A stretch of DNA of 63,514 nucleotides, the filler included, from Choristocarpus tenellus KU-1152 (Eukaryota > Protista > Phaeophyceae): NCBI GenBank assembly GCA_964200185.2. It is 10 parts of 10 records of this genome, joined end to end, with 100 filler letters (N's around TTAATTAATTAA, not from the genome) between each part and the next. Parts side by side here need not be neighbours in the genome. Positions count along the whole stretch, not along the records: positions 1 to 10,243 come from CAXNAD020003048.1; positions 10,344 to 15,178 come from CAXNAD020012876.1; 8 more parts are not named here. One strand, written 5' to 3'. The notes beneath the pieces were generated by a model. That model saw nothing but the letters and a program-made list of their open reading frames with translations, searched no databases and had not been told where the DNA came from. The stretch's first letter is position 1. Every line of letters starts with the position of its first letter. Below are positions 1 through 13,241 of the stretch, in pieces. The position numbers and the translations under genes were made by a program.

Positions 1-57
1 AATCAATTCTTTTTACCACACAGGATTGCAGTCTGGGGGAGCACGGTTTCATCGAAA

Positions 58-242
58 AGCTCAAAGGATTTGGTGGGGGGGGGGGGTGGCGGCTGTCCAT
101 TTGGGGTCAATTTTTTCATGTCGCGATTTTTGTGTGATTTGGTTGCATACTTCGGATGGATAATGTAAGCGCACTTTTCCTGGTTATAGCCCAAATGGAC
201 ACCCAGGTGTAGACCCTCCCCTCCCCCCAGATACTTAGGGTC
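58..242. mobile_element. MITE family A, complete copy
   Basis: Imperfect TIRs (TCAAAG..poly-G..GTCCATTTGGG / CCCAAATGGAC..poly-C..AGATACTT); collinear with 50474-50650. Confidence 0.85.
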
Positions 243-280
243 AAGATAGATTTGAGTCGGATATATTAATATGGTAGTGT

Positions 281-1030
281 ATATAATATTATGCCCTCTC
301 ACATTTTGCAGATGTGTCAGGGGAAAAATTAATGAGAACATTTCACATGTCTGAAAATTCCCTAAAGAAAAAGCAATTATCGCAAAAGTGAAAAATATGA
401 ATCTATTTCCTATTTCCTATTTTACTATATCTATGTTGTACTACGACTGCTTTCCTGTGTCTCAAACCTATTCCTGCACCCCAAGCTGAGGAGCTAGGGA
501 AGCATCCCAAGAATCTAACAAACCCCTCCTTGCCCATTTCCCTGGTGACTCCACCTTAAAACGCATGGCCCGTCTAGATAGGCTACTTGCATTGTGACTG
601 AGACTATCTGGCGTAGGCGGGATTTGACGGCTCCTTTTCTGCTGTAGCCTCCAGTTCCTCTCCCCCCTACCGCATGTGTACCTAGTTCATCCTGGAAATG
701 TTCTGCTTGCTTGCCAGGGCGCCCAAAACTTACTACCGTGAAGGTGTTGAGGTTATAACTACGAGGGTCAAAAGAGCCCTTGTAGTGGGTGTGCTTTCAT
801 GCCTCAGCTGCTGCAGCAGCTACACCATTGCTGGTGGATGAGTGTGGGAGGTGGGAGGTTGCCTGCTGTACTTCCGCAAGTGTAACATTGAGTAGAAGGC
901 CTTTGTCCCGGTAGGGTGCTGATCCTTGCGTCTGCGAGTGCCCCTGAATGGAAGACTGGATCCATGCGGAGATTCCTGTCGACAGTGAAGGGGCCACCAT
1001 CCTCCGTAGTAGTAGGGGTGCCCATCCCCT
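281..1030 (-). mobile_element. 3' part of a CRE-like non-LTR retrotransposon (restriction-like endonuclease region + 3' UTR), degenerate
   Basis: EDGGPFTVDRNLRMD...AAAAAEAxKHTHYKGSFDPRSYNLNTFTVVSFGRPGKQAE resembles an RLE C-terminus. Homologous to 33700-34450. Confidence 0.65.
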
Positions 1031-3759
1031 TGCATAGTGGGCTGAGAGTGTAATTTTTTACCTGACCACTCCACGAGGATTAGATGGGGCGAGTTTTTCG
1101 AGGAACCTGAGAGGTACAAAAGTGATTATCGCGAAAAGGTTCACCTTCTGCACAACATAGCTGACAGTGGGGGTCGGCATTTTGACGGTAGGGCGAAGTT
1201 GATATGTCCCGAAATCAATCTACGGTGCCTGCCCAATAGGTAACTAACTGGTGGCATATGGGCATAGGGTGTGACCGTGACAGGCCGAGGAGCGAAGAAG
1301 GGATGAGCACCCTGGGATTGGAGGAGGAAGATGTTGACCTTCTTCTATCCTTTCTTTCCCTTCTCAATTTCAAAGTAGGGTTCGTCTAGTTAGTGGAGAC
1401 TTACGTAAGGTGAACTAGGTATGTGTATGTGCAGAGAGTGTGACTGACTTGGTCTGTAAGGAGGTCATCTAGGTAGTATGGCACGTCATGTAGATGCTCC
1501 TCTCTCAGTCTCGTATTTTAGCATGTGTTAAGGGTTAGTTGACTGTATACGCTGAGTGTGTGTCTTTCCCCCTTGCAGTTGGTATTGCAGACGTTTGGCC
1601 AAGGGATAGGAGGGAGGCAAATGTTGAGATGAGGCATGATGGAGGACGGGAGGGTCTTGTCATGGTGGGTGTAGGGGACTGAAACAAGTTACATTAGGAG
1701 AGGGAGTACATGTTGAAGGTGTCCAGGATAGCGGGTGAGGTAGTGGAGGAAGAAGTGAGGAATGGCCAGCGGAAAGTGACCCTGGATTGATACTGATTGT
1801 AGGGATTTTTCAGGGGCCGCTGATCATGCCTCTATGAAATTGTGGAATCAAAGTCAGGCAAGGCGAATGGGCTTGGTGAGGGAAAAAGAGGACGAGTTGA
1901 GGAGTCGAAAGCCCTTCTCGACAGTGGCGAGGGAATTGGGGAAGGTTATGGATGGATGGTCCTGGGTTAGTCCTAGGATGGAGACCAGGGTTAGGGCAGA
2001 ATCGTACCAACGCCAGAGGACAGCTGGAAGGTGAAAGTATGCCAGGAGGAGACTGGCGAAAAAGTTGCACAGAAGGACAAGGAGATGTATTAGGAGGGAC
2101 AGAAGGGACATAGAGGAGCATATAGTAGTGTCTGCAAAATGTCAGAGGACATATTAACATATTAGTATGTATCATTATGTTGGAGTAATACTCATGTCGT
2201 CGTCTGACAACCTGAGACATACATGTTTCAAGGTTGAGACAGTGTGAAGTATTGAACAATTGAAGACGTCACTTCAACGATCTTCAAGTAAATATTGTTA
2301 TATTGTTTTTATTTATTATGCACTCTGACATTTTGCAGATGTGTCAGGGGGAAACCAATGAAAACACTATATTGTTAGTTTCTAAGCAAGTAGTATTAGA
2401 TGATGTTTTATTATTATGCCCTCTGACATTTTGCAGATGTGTGGGGGTATTACATGATTGTTGGGACTGAACCCTGTACAAAAAATGTGCTTCTTTTTTC
2501 GTTTGAGCCATTAATAGTATGAGGTATAATAATATAATATATTATACACTCCTAAACAGAAGAGATGATCATCTTATTGGTACATTCAGTTTGGTTGACA
2601 TCGAAAAACAAAAACCCACTCTGATCATATTCATATTTTTCACTATTATTTGCTCAGAAGTAGATCAAATTATGTAAATGGAGCATTCCTTCCAAAATAT
2701 CGTCCTCTTGGAGTCAATCCTTAACTACTATTAGAATATGATTATCTATCGAATGTTGGGAGAGCCAGCCTCGTTCTGGTTCAAAATTATAGACAATCAT
2801 CAACAACTCTATACTACTTTTAGAACTAAAACTACAAATATGCTATAATATCGGTGTAGTGATCATTAAGTAAGAGAGAGAAGGACGGGTTCAAAATCAG
2901 AACTACACATAGACACAGACAACTCACGTCCGTTTATGGTAGATACATATATTTTATGAAAAATCTGTAATTTTGACCCAACATGAACTTCAAAGATTTG
3001 TATAAACTTGAAAGACTATTTAATAAACTACAGAATAGGTGATAGGTACGGACAAAAAGAAGATATTATTTTGTATATCCAATATCAAAATCAGTACAAA
3101 AAAATATCATATATGATGGTTCAGTGAGGCAAAAGCGACAAAAGAAGAATAATCAACCCGAAGTAAAGAGACCAATGAGAGAAGAGTAATATATCGTAAC
3201 ATACATAGTAATTACTTCCAAGTGCTGAGTGTTGATTGGTGAATTCCCCTGTCCACTAATCTCCTTCTCTCAACACTCAGGATTTAGGATGATATACATT
3301 TTCTATATATATCTTGTGGCTTCTTCGTTTTAAGATGCCAATTGTCCATGAAGGTCTTCTTTCTTTCCAACAACCAAACGTGTTTTTGTTTCTTCATAAA
3401 ATGTGATCATGAAGTAAGATTCCACGATCGTTCACCTCATCAAACGACCTCTGTTATTCTTGAATGGTCACATATGTACCTTCTAAGTACTCTCATATCT
3501 CCAATCCTCTCTAAAAGAGGATAATTCAGAATGGTTGGTTGGCTTCATCAAAAAATGAAAAAAAAAGAATGACGTGACACACCTTTTTTTATTTTGTTCA
3601 AGAGGCATTACAACCAAATTTTCAAGAATAAAATAATATAAGAGAGATGAGTGGGGCAGACGCAAGGCATTCACCACCGAAGGCCAGCATACACCAGACT
3701 AGGACAAAGCCACCTACACACCTATTAGAGAACTTGCAAACAACACCTTGACAACGAAA

Positions 3760-6025
3760 ATGTGAGGCTCTGTCTATGATTTTTGTTTCTGTAGACCTTG
3801 GTTGTGGAGTAACGTCGAGTTGATACGTGAAAGCGTTCACCTTTCCTAATGGAAGAAACCCTTGGCACTTCCTGGCTCATACCTTAAATGCTAATCAACC
3901 CTATTATGCGTATCAGGTCTGCAGCAGCATCTCGCGATGACCTTGTCTACCTTGCCAAGCTCGCGGAGCAGGCAGAGCGGTAAGTTATGCATGAATTTGG
4001 TTCGGAGAGAGTAGGTAACGTATCCTGATTGTTCTTTTGATAATCCCACACACCCGTGAGGTACACAGGCTACACAAGCGTTTAGTACATCTCTCGACTT
4101 TGGAGGTTGCGAATATTCCAGGGGCAATGAGGTTGGTGTTAAGCATTACACTCTTGGCCTTGCTGGTTATCTGGTTAATTCCTTCCACATAGAGGTGTTG
4201 TTCTTCCGACTTCGTCAGAGGTTAACGCTATCACACCAAACATTCTTTGCCGAATGTGCTCCTCTAGAATGCCTGCGATTGGAGATCATTGCATTCCAAC
4301 CATTTGAAGTATTAAATCCTTCAAGTCTGATCAACATTATTTTCGTTCCATTTTCAAGGTTTGACGAGATGGTGGACCACATGAAGGCTGTGGCCCAGCA
4401 ACCGAAGGAACTCTCTGTGGAGGAGCGTAACCTCCTCTCCGTAGCGTACAAGAACGTTATTGGATCCCGTCGTGCATCGTGGCGGGTTATCAGCTCGATC
4501 GAGGGGAAGGACACTGTGGTGAGGTTTGGTGTCTTGGCGGGGTAATGATGGTAGACCACCCCGTTCAATGTTGGTACACCGCTTGCCTCATTGGCGTTGC
4601 ACCACATGAAGTCTTCTCGTGACAAATTTTGAGCGTGAGCGTATTTTTGAGGGAAGAGAGCTAATATCGCAAACTGTGTAATAATCACTCCCATGCATGC
4701 AATCGAAATTGAGTCTGTGAATAGGAGTCTGTTCTTGCGCCATCGCATCGATACTCTTGCATCCAATCTTTGTACCCAATCTTTTCGAGGGCATGCATTT
4801 TGTAGGATGACCTACGGTTGGTGCGTTGCCTTTTTCTCTGCAAATTTGGATAAGACAATCAACTGAAATCAAATCGCACATCAAGAGTGCTTATATTTTT
4901 ACCCATTTTACTGATGTATTTGGAGAAGTCCTTTTCCTCTTTATTTTTAACCTCCCTTCAAACTTGATGGCATCTGCATCATATACCCTATACTCTTCGT
5001 GCAGAGCGACCAGCTTCCTCTCATCCGTGACTACAAAGCGAAGATCGAGAATGAGTTGGGCGAGATCTGTGATGATATACTGAAAATCATCGAGGGTGAA
5101 CTTATCCCTAACTCCACAGCAGAAGAGGGAAAGGTCTTCTACTACAAGATGAAGGGCGATTACCACCGGTGGGTACCTTGATGTTTCTAGTATAATTTGA
5201 CTTACAGACTTGAAGAGAGTTATCTTGATGATACTGAACAGGTTCGAGCCTTCAAGCAGTTGCGCATTTGACGAAGTTTTTCTTTTGGCGATATTGATCA
5301 ACCTTTGTTGAAGGTTAATTTTGTTTGCAATATTCTGTGACATCCTAGTGTTTTCAAAGTGTATTTTTCTACATATAATATTCAAAGCACGTAGTGGAAT
5401 TTCCCTGAACTGGTGTGTATTTTGTGTGTCCATCCCTTCTAACTAATCTTTACTGGAACGCCAGTTACTTGGCCGAGTTCCAGTCTGCTGATGATCGTAA
5501 GAGAAGTGCGTCGGATGCACTCGATGCGTACCAGTCTGCATCAGAGCTGGCAAACCAGGAACTGCCCCCTACACACCCGATCCGCCTTGGATTGGCCCTG
5601 AACTTCTCTGTATTCTACTATGAGATCCTCAACTCTCCTGACCGGGCTTGCAACCTAGCAAAGCAGGTGGGTAGGAAAAAGTCCTTCACTAGGTATCTAA
5701 TACTTTCGCTTTTGGGTCTCTTTGGGACTTGCCTTCCCTTGTTAAAAGTAGTTTTTTAATGTTTTATGTTAATGGAGGACAGAGGATATTTCTCGAAGTT
5801 TTAATCACTCAAAAAAATGGGTCCTGCTCAAATATCGCACATCTTTTGTTTCAGGCATTCGATGATGCTATTGCTGAGCTGGACACATTGTCAGAGGAGT
5901 CATACAAGGACTCTACTCTCATCATGCAGCTTCTCAGGGATAACCTCACCCTCTGGACATCAGACCAGGGCGAGCAGGAGGAGGCACCGGGAAATGCTGA
6001 CGGAACAACGGTTGAAGACCTCTAA
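3760..6025 (+). CDS. 14-3-3 protein, complete; join(3760..3761,3917..3979,4359..4518,5005..5168,5465..5666,5855..6025), 253 aa
   Basis: All five introns are GT-AG and the joined CDS is 762 nt, in frame. Translation [27 protein letters not shown]...[11 protein letters not shown]...[13 protein letters not shown]...[20 protein letters not shown]...[22 protein letters not shown] carries the 14-3-3 signatures. The 2-nt first exon is inferred. Confidence 0.97.
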
Positions 6026-7299
6026 ATACGTAGTAAAGAGTCCGAGCAAGGGGAATCATTACCTGTGCACTTTTAAAAAAAGTGCCTGGTTTGTGCACCT
6101 GCCAGTCCTGGATCATCTCATTGCTATGTAGTGGTACTGACAGCTGGGGCTGCAGATTACACAAGCAGAGAGTTGGAAGGGTTGGGGTGGGTTTTTTGTT
6201 TGGAGGTTAGGAACTAAATGTTTTGTTTTAGACAGCAGCATCAGCCAAGGGTTCTTTAAGTTGACATGGTCAAATGCAGTAGTAACGTAGGCTAAGGCCA
6301 GAAACCTTTCTGAGGCGCCTGTGATATGTTGCCCTCTTCATTGTGCATAGGATGAGTCACCTGCTTAAAAGACCTGTAAATTTTGCACTCTTGTGTCATT
6401 ATGTTTAATGCTGCAGTGTGGTAGAACTTACGAATCCTTTTTCTTCAAGAATCATGTTTCTGAAATGGAAGAGGAAACTCTTCTGAGGAAGGTGGTTTTA
6501 AGTAGGAAGCAGGAAAAGCTTTAGTCTCGTATCACTTGATTCCCATAGGGACTGGTGAGTCCCGTTCCACCAAATTTTGTGGTGTATATATTCTGGACAA
6601 TGACGTGGAAAGTGAAAACTCAAACCTTACTCATTTGCATTCTTTTGTTAGATGTCTTTGGGATAAAATGATACACTAAAATAAAAACATAAGCTTAAAT
6701 TAAACCACAGCAAAACGGTACGAGCATCGTGACAGTAACCATTTCCCCTTGTATGGTCAACGAAGAAGGAACGGGTTTAATCTTCAATTCGTTTTGTGAT
6801 CTCTTACATTTGATTGTCGCGAAGTTGGAAATTTTATATAAATACGTGGCGTAATGGTCCAAGTGAGAAAAAATATCGGTTCTCACGTGAAATCACGTTA
6901 TGGGCAGGTAATACCTGTACCGAAAAAGTTGAATAGAAACACATTATTAGTGTCCGTTTGAAAGGGAATATGTCATGAACAGAAGTACTTATCCACCTGG
7001 CTGGGGTTCATTTCTTGTTGGAGCATGATGCAGCAAACGTCACCACAACTACTGATATAATTCGTAGGACCTTTCTTTATTCCTCAGTGTTTGCTCTATA
7101 TATTATATTTATTCCTAATGCAAAACTGCAGTTTATGTAAACGGTAACCTGGGTCAACTCTCTGTATTGTTGTAGCCAATAAGATGATATTTCCTATCAA
7201 CTCGCATATTATACCTAAACATTATAAATGCCCCACTGGTGAGGTAGAACAAGAACAGTTGTCTGCTTTCTGAGGGTGATAGGTGCCAAAAGAGTTGCT

Positions 7300-9030
7300 T
7301 GTGCCTCTCTTTGCTTCATGCCATCCTTGTAAACCTACACATGTGCATAGGTGCCAACAGTGGGGGGGGGGAGAATAAAGACTTCATGGGACTAGTGAAA
7401 GAAACATTGCGCTGAATCCATGGTGAAAGGTTAATCACAACTGGGAAGTATATTCTTTGAAGGAAGATCCTAACAATCCATAGAAAGGTTGTTTGATTGT
7501 GGTAAAAGGGAAGTCCAAGCACAAAAGGTGAGTGTACGTGGTAAAGTACTGGCCTTCAATTACAACGACAGTGTACGTTGGAGGAGCCTTGGATTCTCTC
7601 TGTGGGTGCTCCTCTTCCTCCAGTGTGGGCTCCATCAAGGTGCACTCTGTGTTGGTTGCTTTGACTGTCTCAACCAAGGAAGATGTTCCCAGGCATCTGT
7701 ACTCCATTGTCCTCAAGCAGTCTGGCATTGGATTTAACCACAGCCCAATTCCATCCAACAAGGACCTACTGTGGCAAGATGAGAAGAAATTGTGGATGCT
7801 GTGATCCTCTGCCTTGCAAAAGCCTGCAAAACCCACTGCATTTACCACTTGTTCTTGAACTGGTTTCCACAGCCATCGGTCCAGATGTGTAGCACATGCA
7901 GTTCCTGTCCATACTCACAAGTCTTGGACATCATGAACTCGTTGATGAGCTTCTCCAGAATGTGTTGCACAAACTTGTTGTCCTAGCTGGTGTCTTGGCT
8001 TAGGAAACATGAAGCTGTGCAGCCACGTCCATCCCCACCCAAGGCCTCCTCTCCTCAAGTTCATCCACACAGCAGGCGGGAACGCCGCGGCCAAGGAAAA
8101 GATTGAAGAACTCCTGCTGCGTCAAGTCCTGGTGACCACGACTGTACTGAGATTGTAAGTTTACCACAAGCACAGGGTGCCTGCTACGTAGGCGGGCTAT
8201 TGAGTGCTTGTAGTGGCAGGCCTGCCAACTGGAGGTGTTATGATGCAGGAAGGACTTCTTACTGAAGTTCTTGGAGTTGACTCCAACATATATGGAGAAC
8301 TCCTCCGTCTGTGGGAGTAGCGTCTATGAAAAGAGTCATTTGATGGTGTTAATGAGTAGGAGAAGCTGTTACAGTTGGGGGAGGGGGCTCTTCTTTTTGA
8401 CATGTGTAGCAATGAGGAGTCAACACCTTGAGCTTCTGTTTGTGCTTGTTGGTTCTGGTCCTTAGTATGTTGTCGTCCTCGTCGAGATCGTCACTGTGTG
8501 AAGATTTGGTGTTGGTATCTCCAGGCATGCAGCTGGCTGCAATGAAGTCGTTGGTCATCAGGTCCTTGGCCTTGATACTTCTTGTCCATGATCCTCTCAA
8601 ACATCTCCTGCTTTGTGGCCCCCTGAGGGGCGCGCAGGGCTAACTGACCTGAACGAGCCTGCTGGAGAGTGCAGCAAGTTGTGGACAAATAATTAGGTCG
8701 TGTACGCCGAGTTAATGGCAGTGGGGATATGGCTTAGTTTTCGGGAAAGTGATTTGTAAATTAAGTACTGAAAAAGTGTGCGGAAAAAAATGGAAACTTG
8801 GTTAGAACACATAGTGCCCGCAATTACCTTGATCTTGTTCTGCGACATTCCTTCAAGGTCAGTCTCCACAATGGATGTGTATGCGTTCATGAACTTGTTC
8901 CAGGATACAGTAACCAAGCGAGAAGTCACAGTCACATGAGCAAGTTTCTTTGTCTCCCTCTTGCAATGTCTCCTGGTGTGCTTTCTCCCAGTTGTTCCTC
9001 AAGAATATGATAAGATTATTGGTGGACAGG
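7300..9030 (-). mobile_element. Sola2-like DDD transposase relic (pseudogenised)
   Basis: Collinear motifs GRQETCSC, HQDLTQQEFF, LHIWTDGCGNQFKNKW and HNFFSSCHSRSLLDGIG match the SDG..QFK / FF..HGK..DG.G pattern I associate with Sola2. Many stops and frameshifts. Confidence 0.6.
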
Positions 9031-9037
9031 TGATGCA

Positions 9038-9305
9038 GAGTCGAAGCATCAAAGAGAGTAGGGCAGCGTCTGTTCGGGTCTAAAATTCAATGTTGCGATT
9101 TTGATTAATTTTGGCTATCGTGTTAGTTAGCAAGTGTCAATATCCTTGCTCTGGACACACCTTTCATAGTCCTACTCCGAAAACTTTCGGAGTAGGTAAC
9201 TGTGTTCGCACAGAAAACTGAAAAAGGGTATAAGAAACCTGTGGGTAGCCAAGCCCCAAACGGACAAACAGGGCAAAACTCCTACCCACTTAAATGCTTC
9301 GACTC
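9038..9305. mobile_element. MITE family B
   Basis: Perfect 12-bp TIR GAGTCGAAGCAT/ATGCTTCGACTC; internal palindrome CCTACTCCGAAA-AC-TTTCGGAGTAGG at 9171-9196. Confidence 0.85.
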
Positions 9306-10243
9306 TTTTCTCCCTCTCTATGGAGAATGATAAATGTCTCCAAAGTACATAATGCCAAGGGTCAAATCTAGTCATCAGAGGTAGCCCAGGTCATGTATAC
9401 TGCGAGAGGTGGCACATAATCCAAAACAATAGTTTGAATATACAAGGGAACCTGGTGTGCACTTCTTTCTCGCATGTACGATATTGTCTTCATGTCAGAC
9501 CGTGCGGAGACCTACCGTTGATAATGTATGACACACAAACGTGACATTGTCAATAGCGAATATTGTGTTGTAAGCAAAGCGTTTGGACTTATATTCAAAT
9601 AGTTGGCATACACCAACACTTTTGGACACAATAAAAAGCAACCGAAAATTAGAGTGTGTGCATTGGGCCATGGGAATTGAGAGGTAGCCATATTTTTTGG
9701 AGATAACGCCTTCTCTGCATTCCTATACACCATTTCCTACTACCCCTGTGCTGTATACTATATTTTTCAGAAACTCCACCTCATAAACAACAATGTGTAC
9801 GACGCCAAATCTATATTTTCCCTCTTCCTACACACACACAAAGTGACACCACCTGGTCAGCAACCAAGAAAGAGCCTCTTTCATCTATAAATGTACACAA
9901 AACGGCCCTGTGTTGCCCTTTCATCGGGTCATCCATCCTCAAATTAACAGCCTCTCAGCAAAATTGAGGATGGAGCATACCATGGAGGATGAGTTTGACC
10001 CAAAATGGTGTGTGGGAAGTGTCCATATGTTTTTTATTGTAAATGTTGCAGCACTTTTTTAAGGGCCCATTTTTGAATGGGAATTCGTGCCGAAGGTGGT
10101 AGTAGGACATACTTAATTGGTCTTGTACGTTTCCAATATTCCGAAACCAAAAGATAAAAAAAGAACTGGCACCCTCCAATTTCTTAAGTACAAAATCTTA
10201 AATTGTTGGACATTTTTATTCTTAAAAATACTAGAGAGGACAA

Positions 10244-10343
10244 NNNNNNNNNNNNNNNNNNNNNNNNNNNNNNNNNNNNNNNNNNNNTTAATTAATTAAN
10301 NNNNNNNNNNNNNNNNNNNNNNNNNNNNNNNNNNNNNNNNNNN
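10244..10343. other. Artificial contig-joining spacer; identical spacers at 15179-15278, 19265-19364, 25721-25820, 33022-33121, 38043-38142, 50302-50401, 54947-55046, 59068-59167
   Basis: 100 nt each: 44 N + TTAATTAATTAA (stop in all six frames) + 44 N. Confidence 0.99.
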
Positions 10344-10573
10344 CCCACGCCGCTGCTGCTACCCCCATTACCAAACCCATTGACCCCTCCTCGGCTCAGT
10401 CCCTTCACAGGAGTAGGGGCAGGCGTTGGGGCAGGCGTTGGGGCAGGCGCCGTGGTGTGCACTGTTGTGAAGCTAGAAACGCCTCCTGTTGCACTGCTGT
10501 TGCCGTTGTTGTGGTGGTGCCCATGGTCGTTTCGGTTAACCCGTTTCTTGACAGTCTGGAAAATGCCTTTCAT
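10344..10573 (-). CDS. Probable first coding exon of an unidentified gene, truncated by the contig edge
   Basis: MKGIFQTVKKRVNRNDHGHHH...(PAPT)x3...; GC-rich codon-like sequence open to the spacer. No recognisable domain. Confidence 0.5.
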
Positions 10574-13241
10574 TCTCTAGTATCGCCCCCACTCTCAGCT
10601 CACTCTATCAGTCCTCCCACCCTGGAAGCCAATACTCCCACCCTGACGTTGACTTTTGTTATGAACTCCGTCGCCGCACTTCCTGCCCTGCTCGGGCAAT
10701 TTTCTTCTTTTCTACTATCTAGATGGAGTACTATGTCCCCCCCCCCCACACACACCCAACTCTCCACCACTGTGTAGCAAACGTGGCTGTGCAGGTGGAC
10801 TTGCAAACTTCTCAACGGTAGAATTCTCCACAGACAATGCAAACATACACAAACACAAACAGACACACCAACCTTCCTGCTTGGCTGAATACTCCTCCTG
10901 TTTGAGAGAGTGTGTGTGTGTTTGTGGGAAGGGAAATGTGTTTTTATTTCTTTATCAATTACTAGGGTTAGGGTAGGAAAAACATGAGAACAAGATAATT
11001 GACTCCCGAATTGTAAGCACACACACATTATATTAGTTGCAATGGTATACTACCAAACCAGGCAAGGAGAACCAACTCACAATATCAAAAAGTGTGATCC
11101 CATTGCCCCGTGTCTCCAAAACAGATATTACCGCAAACATCACTACATATGCAGCACATGAAACCTTACAGAACCTAGAGAAGATAGAGGGTAACAAAAA
11201 ACCAGAAGAAATACGAGTAGACTCTTCAAGGTAAAATGTTCAAGTAAAGGCACAACACGGATCCAATCTTCCAAGTGGGCAAAGGGTAGTAGGGAGGATG
11301 CAAAATGTTTTTTTTTATCGAAGTAGGTGGCCCGTATGCTGACTGTGATACCTGATTGCTGAAATTGAATAATTGGCAAGACTATTTTGAAAGTCAGCAC
11401 TACTTTCCTGAAGTGATTTTTCCATCCTGGAAAGATGTCGAGGTAACCTTTAATGTGGATTGACTTGGCACACAAAAGAAATTAACAAGGGCTTTATCGA
11501 TTATTCGTCCCAATAATCCGCCGTTGCAATTTTGCTTTGAGATGTAGCAAAAAACGCCATAGTGTCTTATGACCACAAGGCGGGAGGATTCTATTTTCAA
11601 AGTCGACCGGTACAGCCTTATCGAAAAGAGTACATAGTCCAAGAGGTAAAGCGATGCGACGACTGAATAAAACATTCTAATACAAATGAGTATTTCAGAC
11701 GGAAGGGTGACTTAAGGGTGGCGAGTAACCACGAGGTTCAAGCGACCAAAAATCGCGAGTGGTACAGGGGAGTAGGATTGAGGATCCAGCACAGACACGG
11801 AGGCGTGGAGGCGTAAATACCCGAGGGACGCAAGGCTCAACTTACGCCGTAAAAATAGAAAAGTCCAAACGTAGTAATAGCAAATACAGGAGCGGCACAT
11901 AACTCTCCTGGTCCGATTTCGCACTCTATTTTGACATCTCCCCCTAACCTTGATGGCATAATGTCTGAGCAAATACAAGGTAGAAGTAACATCTATGATA
12001 ATCTTGGTTTTGAACCCATGAAGAAATCATACCTACAGTGGATGGTTCGCCTCTCAAACTGAGCGTGGCATCAACTGTTTGGTAAAGCACACTTGGTCGT
12101 GTAAGAACAGCCCATTGCACCCCTCTCACCTGTATATCGCGTTTTCTCAACGAAGGAGAGTGACACTGTCGAACATTAGGGAGCAAAATCTTACGAGAGC
12201 ACCCAGCCTTCAGCCAGAGCCGTCAATAACCAGCTCTGTCCTGACCAAAAGAGGAAACAGGGGTCTGTCACAAAGCGGCAGGATAAATCTCTCTCCAATA
12301 CAAAAATGGGAGAAAGCGGAAGATCCCTGGGCTGCAATGTTTTTTTATGCCTAGAGGGCGAAGTCTTGCCCACCGTCGAGATCTGTTCTCGAAACTATGA
12401 CAAATGCCCTTGATGGGAATTCTACCTTGCAACTCACTAAACACTAAAGTCCCAGCCCTTCCCCCTCAACACAATAATCTCATAAAAAGTTAAGTGGAGA
12501 ATTATTATCAAAAGTTTAGAATAATGGTGTTTAACTCTTCCTTCTCACACACGCCTCGAAGGGTTGTGAAACTCTAGTTAAGGAGAGGTTGAGTGAAGTG
12601 ATAAATCTGACCTTCTAGGTAAGCAGAGGGACGACTGTCTTGGAGGTGTCGAAACGGAGATAGAGCAATCACTTCGTCTGTTTTATAGTCATGCAGCAGC
12701 GAACAGCCCATGCCTATGCGGTGAGATATACGACAAACCCTGATGCTGCCTGTATATTGACTGATCGAGACAACCATTACATTTTGAAGAGGACATGGTC
12801 CAGAGATGCAAAGGGTGGTGAATGATCAATTACAATGTATTATGTCTTACAAATTTCCGTAAAAATCACTTATTGTGCCTGCCATGCTTCGCTTAGGGAG
12901 GAATGGATGCACTGGATTCAACACTCAAAGGAGCTCTTTACCTGATCAGCACCCCCATTTTGCTTTGCAATACATCTTGAGACTTGATCTCATCGAAAAC
13001 CAGCAAAGATTTCTCACATATATGTTGAATCAAATCGAAGCAATGGCTTGGGCTAGGTATATTTGTCGTAAATACTGTGTTTGCTGCCGGGAAGCCATTT
13101 GTTGTCACAATCCAGGCAACGATGTGGATTAGTTTCAGCGTGACGTTCTTCTGGGACCTTGATCATGTATCCCATTATTGTTATTGACTCGACTGGTACG
13201 GTCTCAATCGCTATCTAGCGCCTTCCACAACATAGGATCTC

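Noticed and set aside
4215-5433. Long minus-strand ORFs of 183 and 180 aa
   Set aside because: Antisense shadows of 14-3-3 exons and introns with no domain signal.
10288-10299. Recurrent TTAATTAATTAA palindrome between N runs
   Set aside because: Identical 100-nt artificial linker repeated nine times; not biological.
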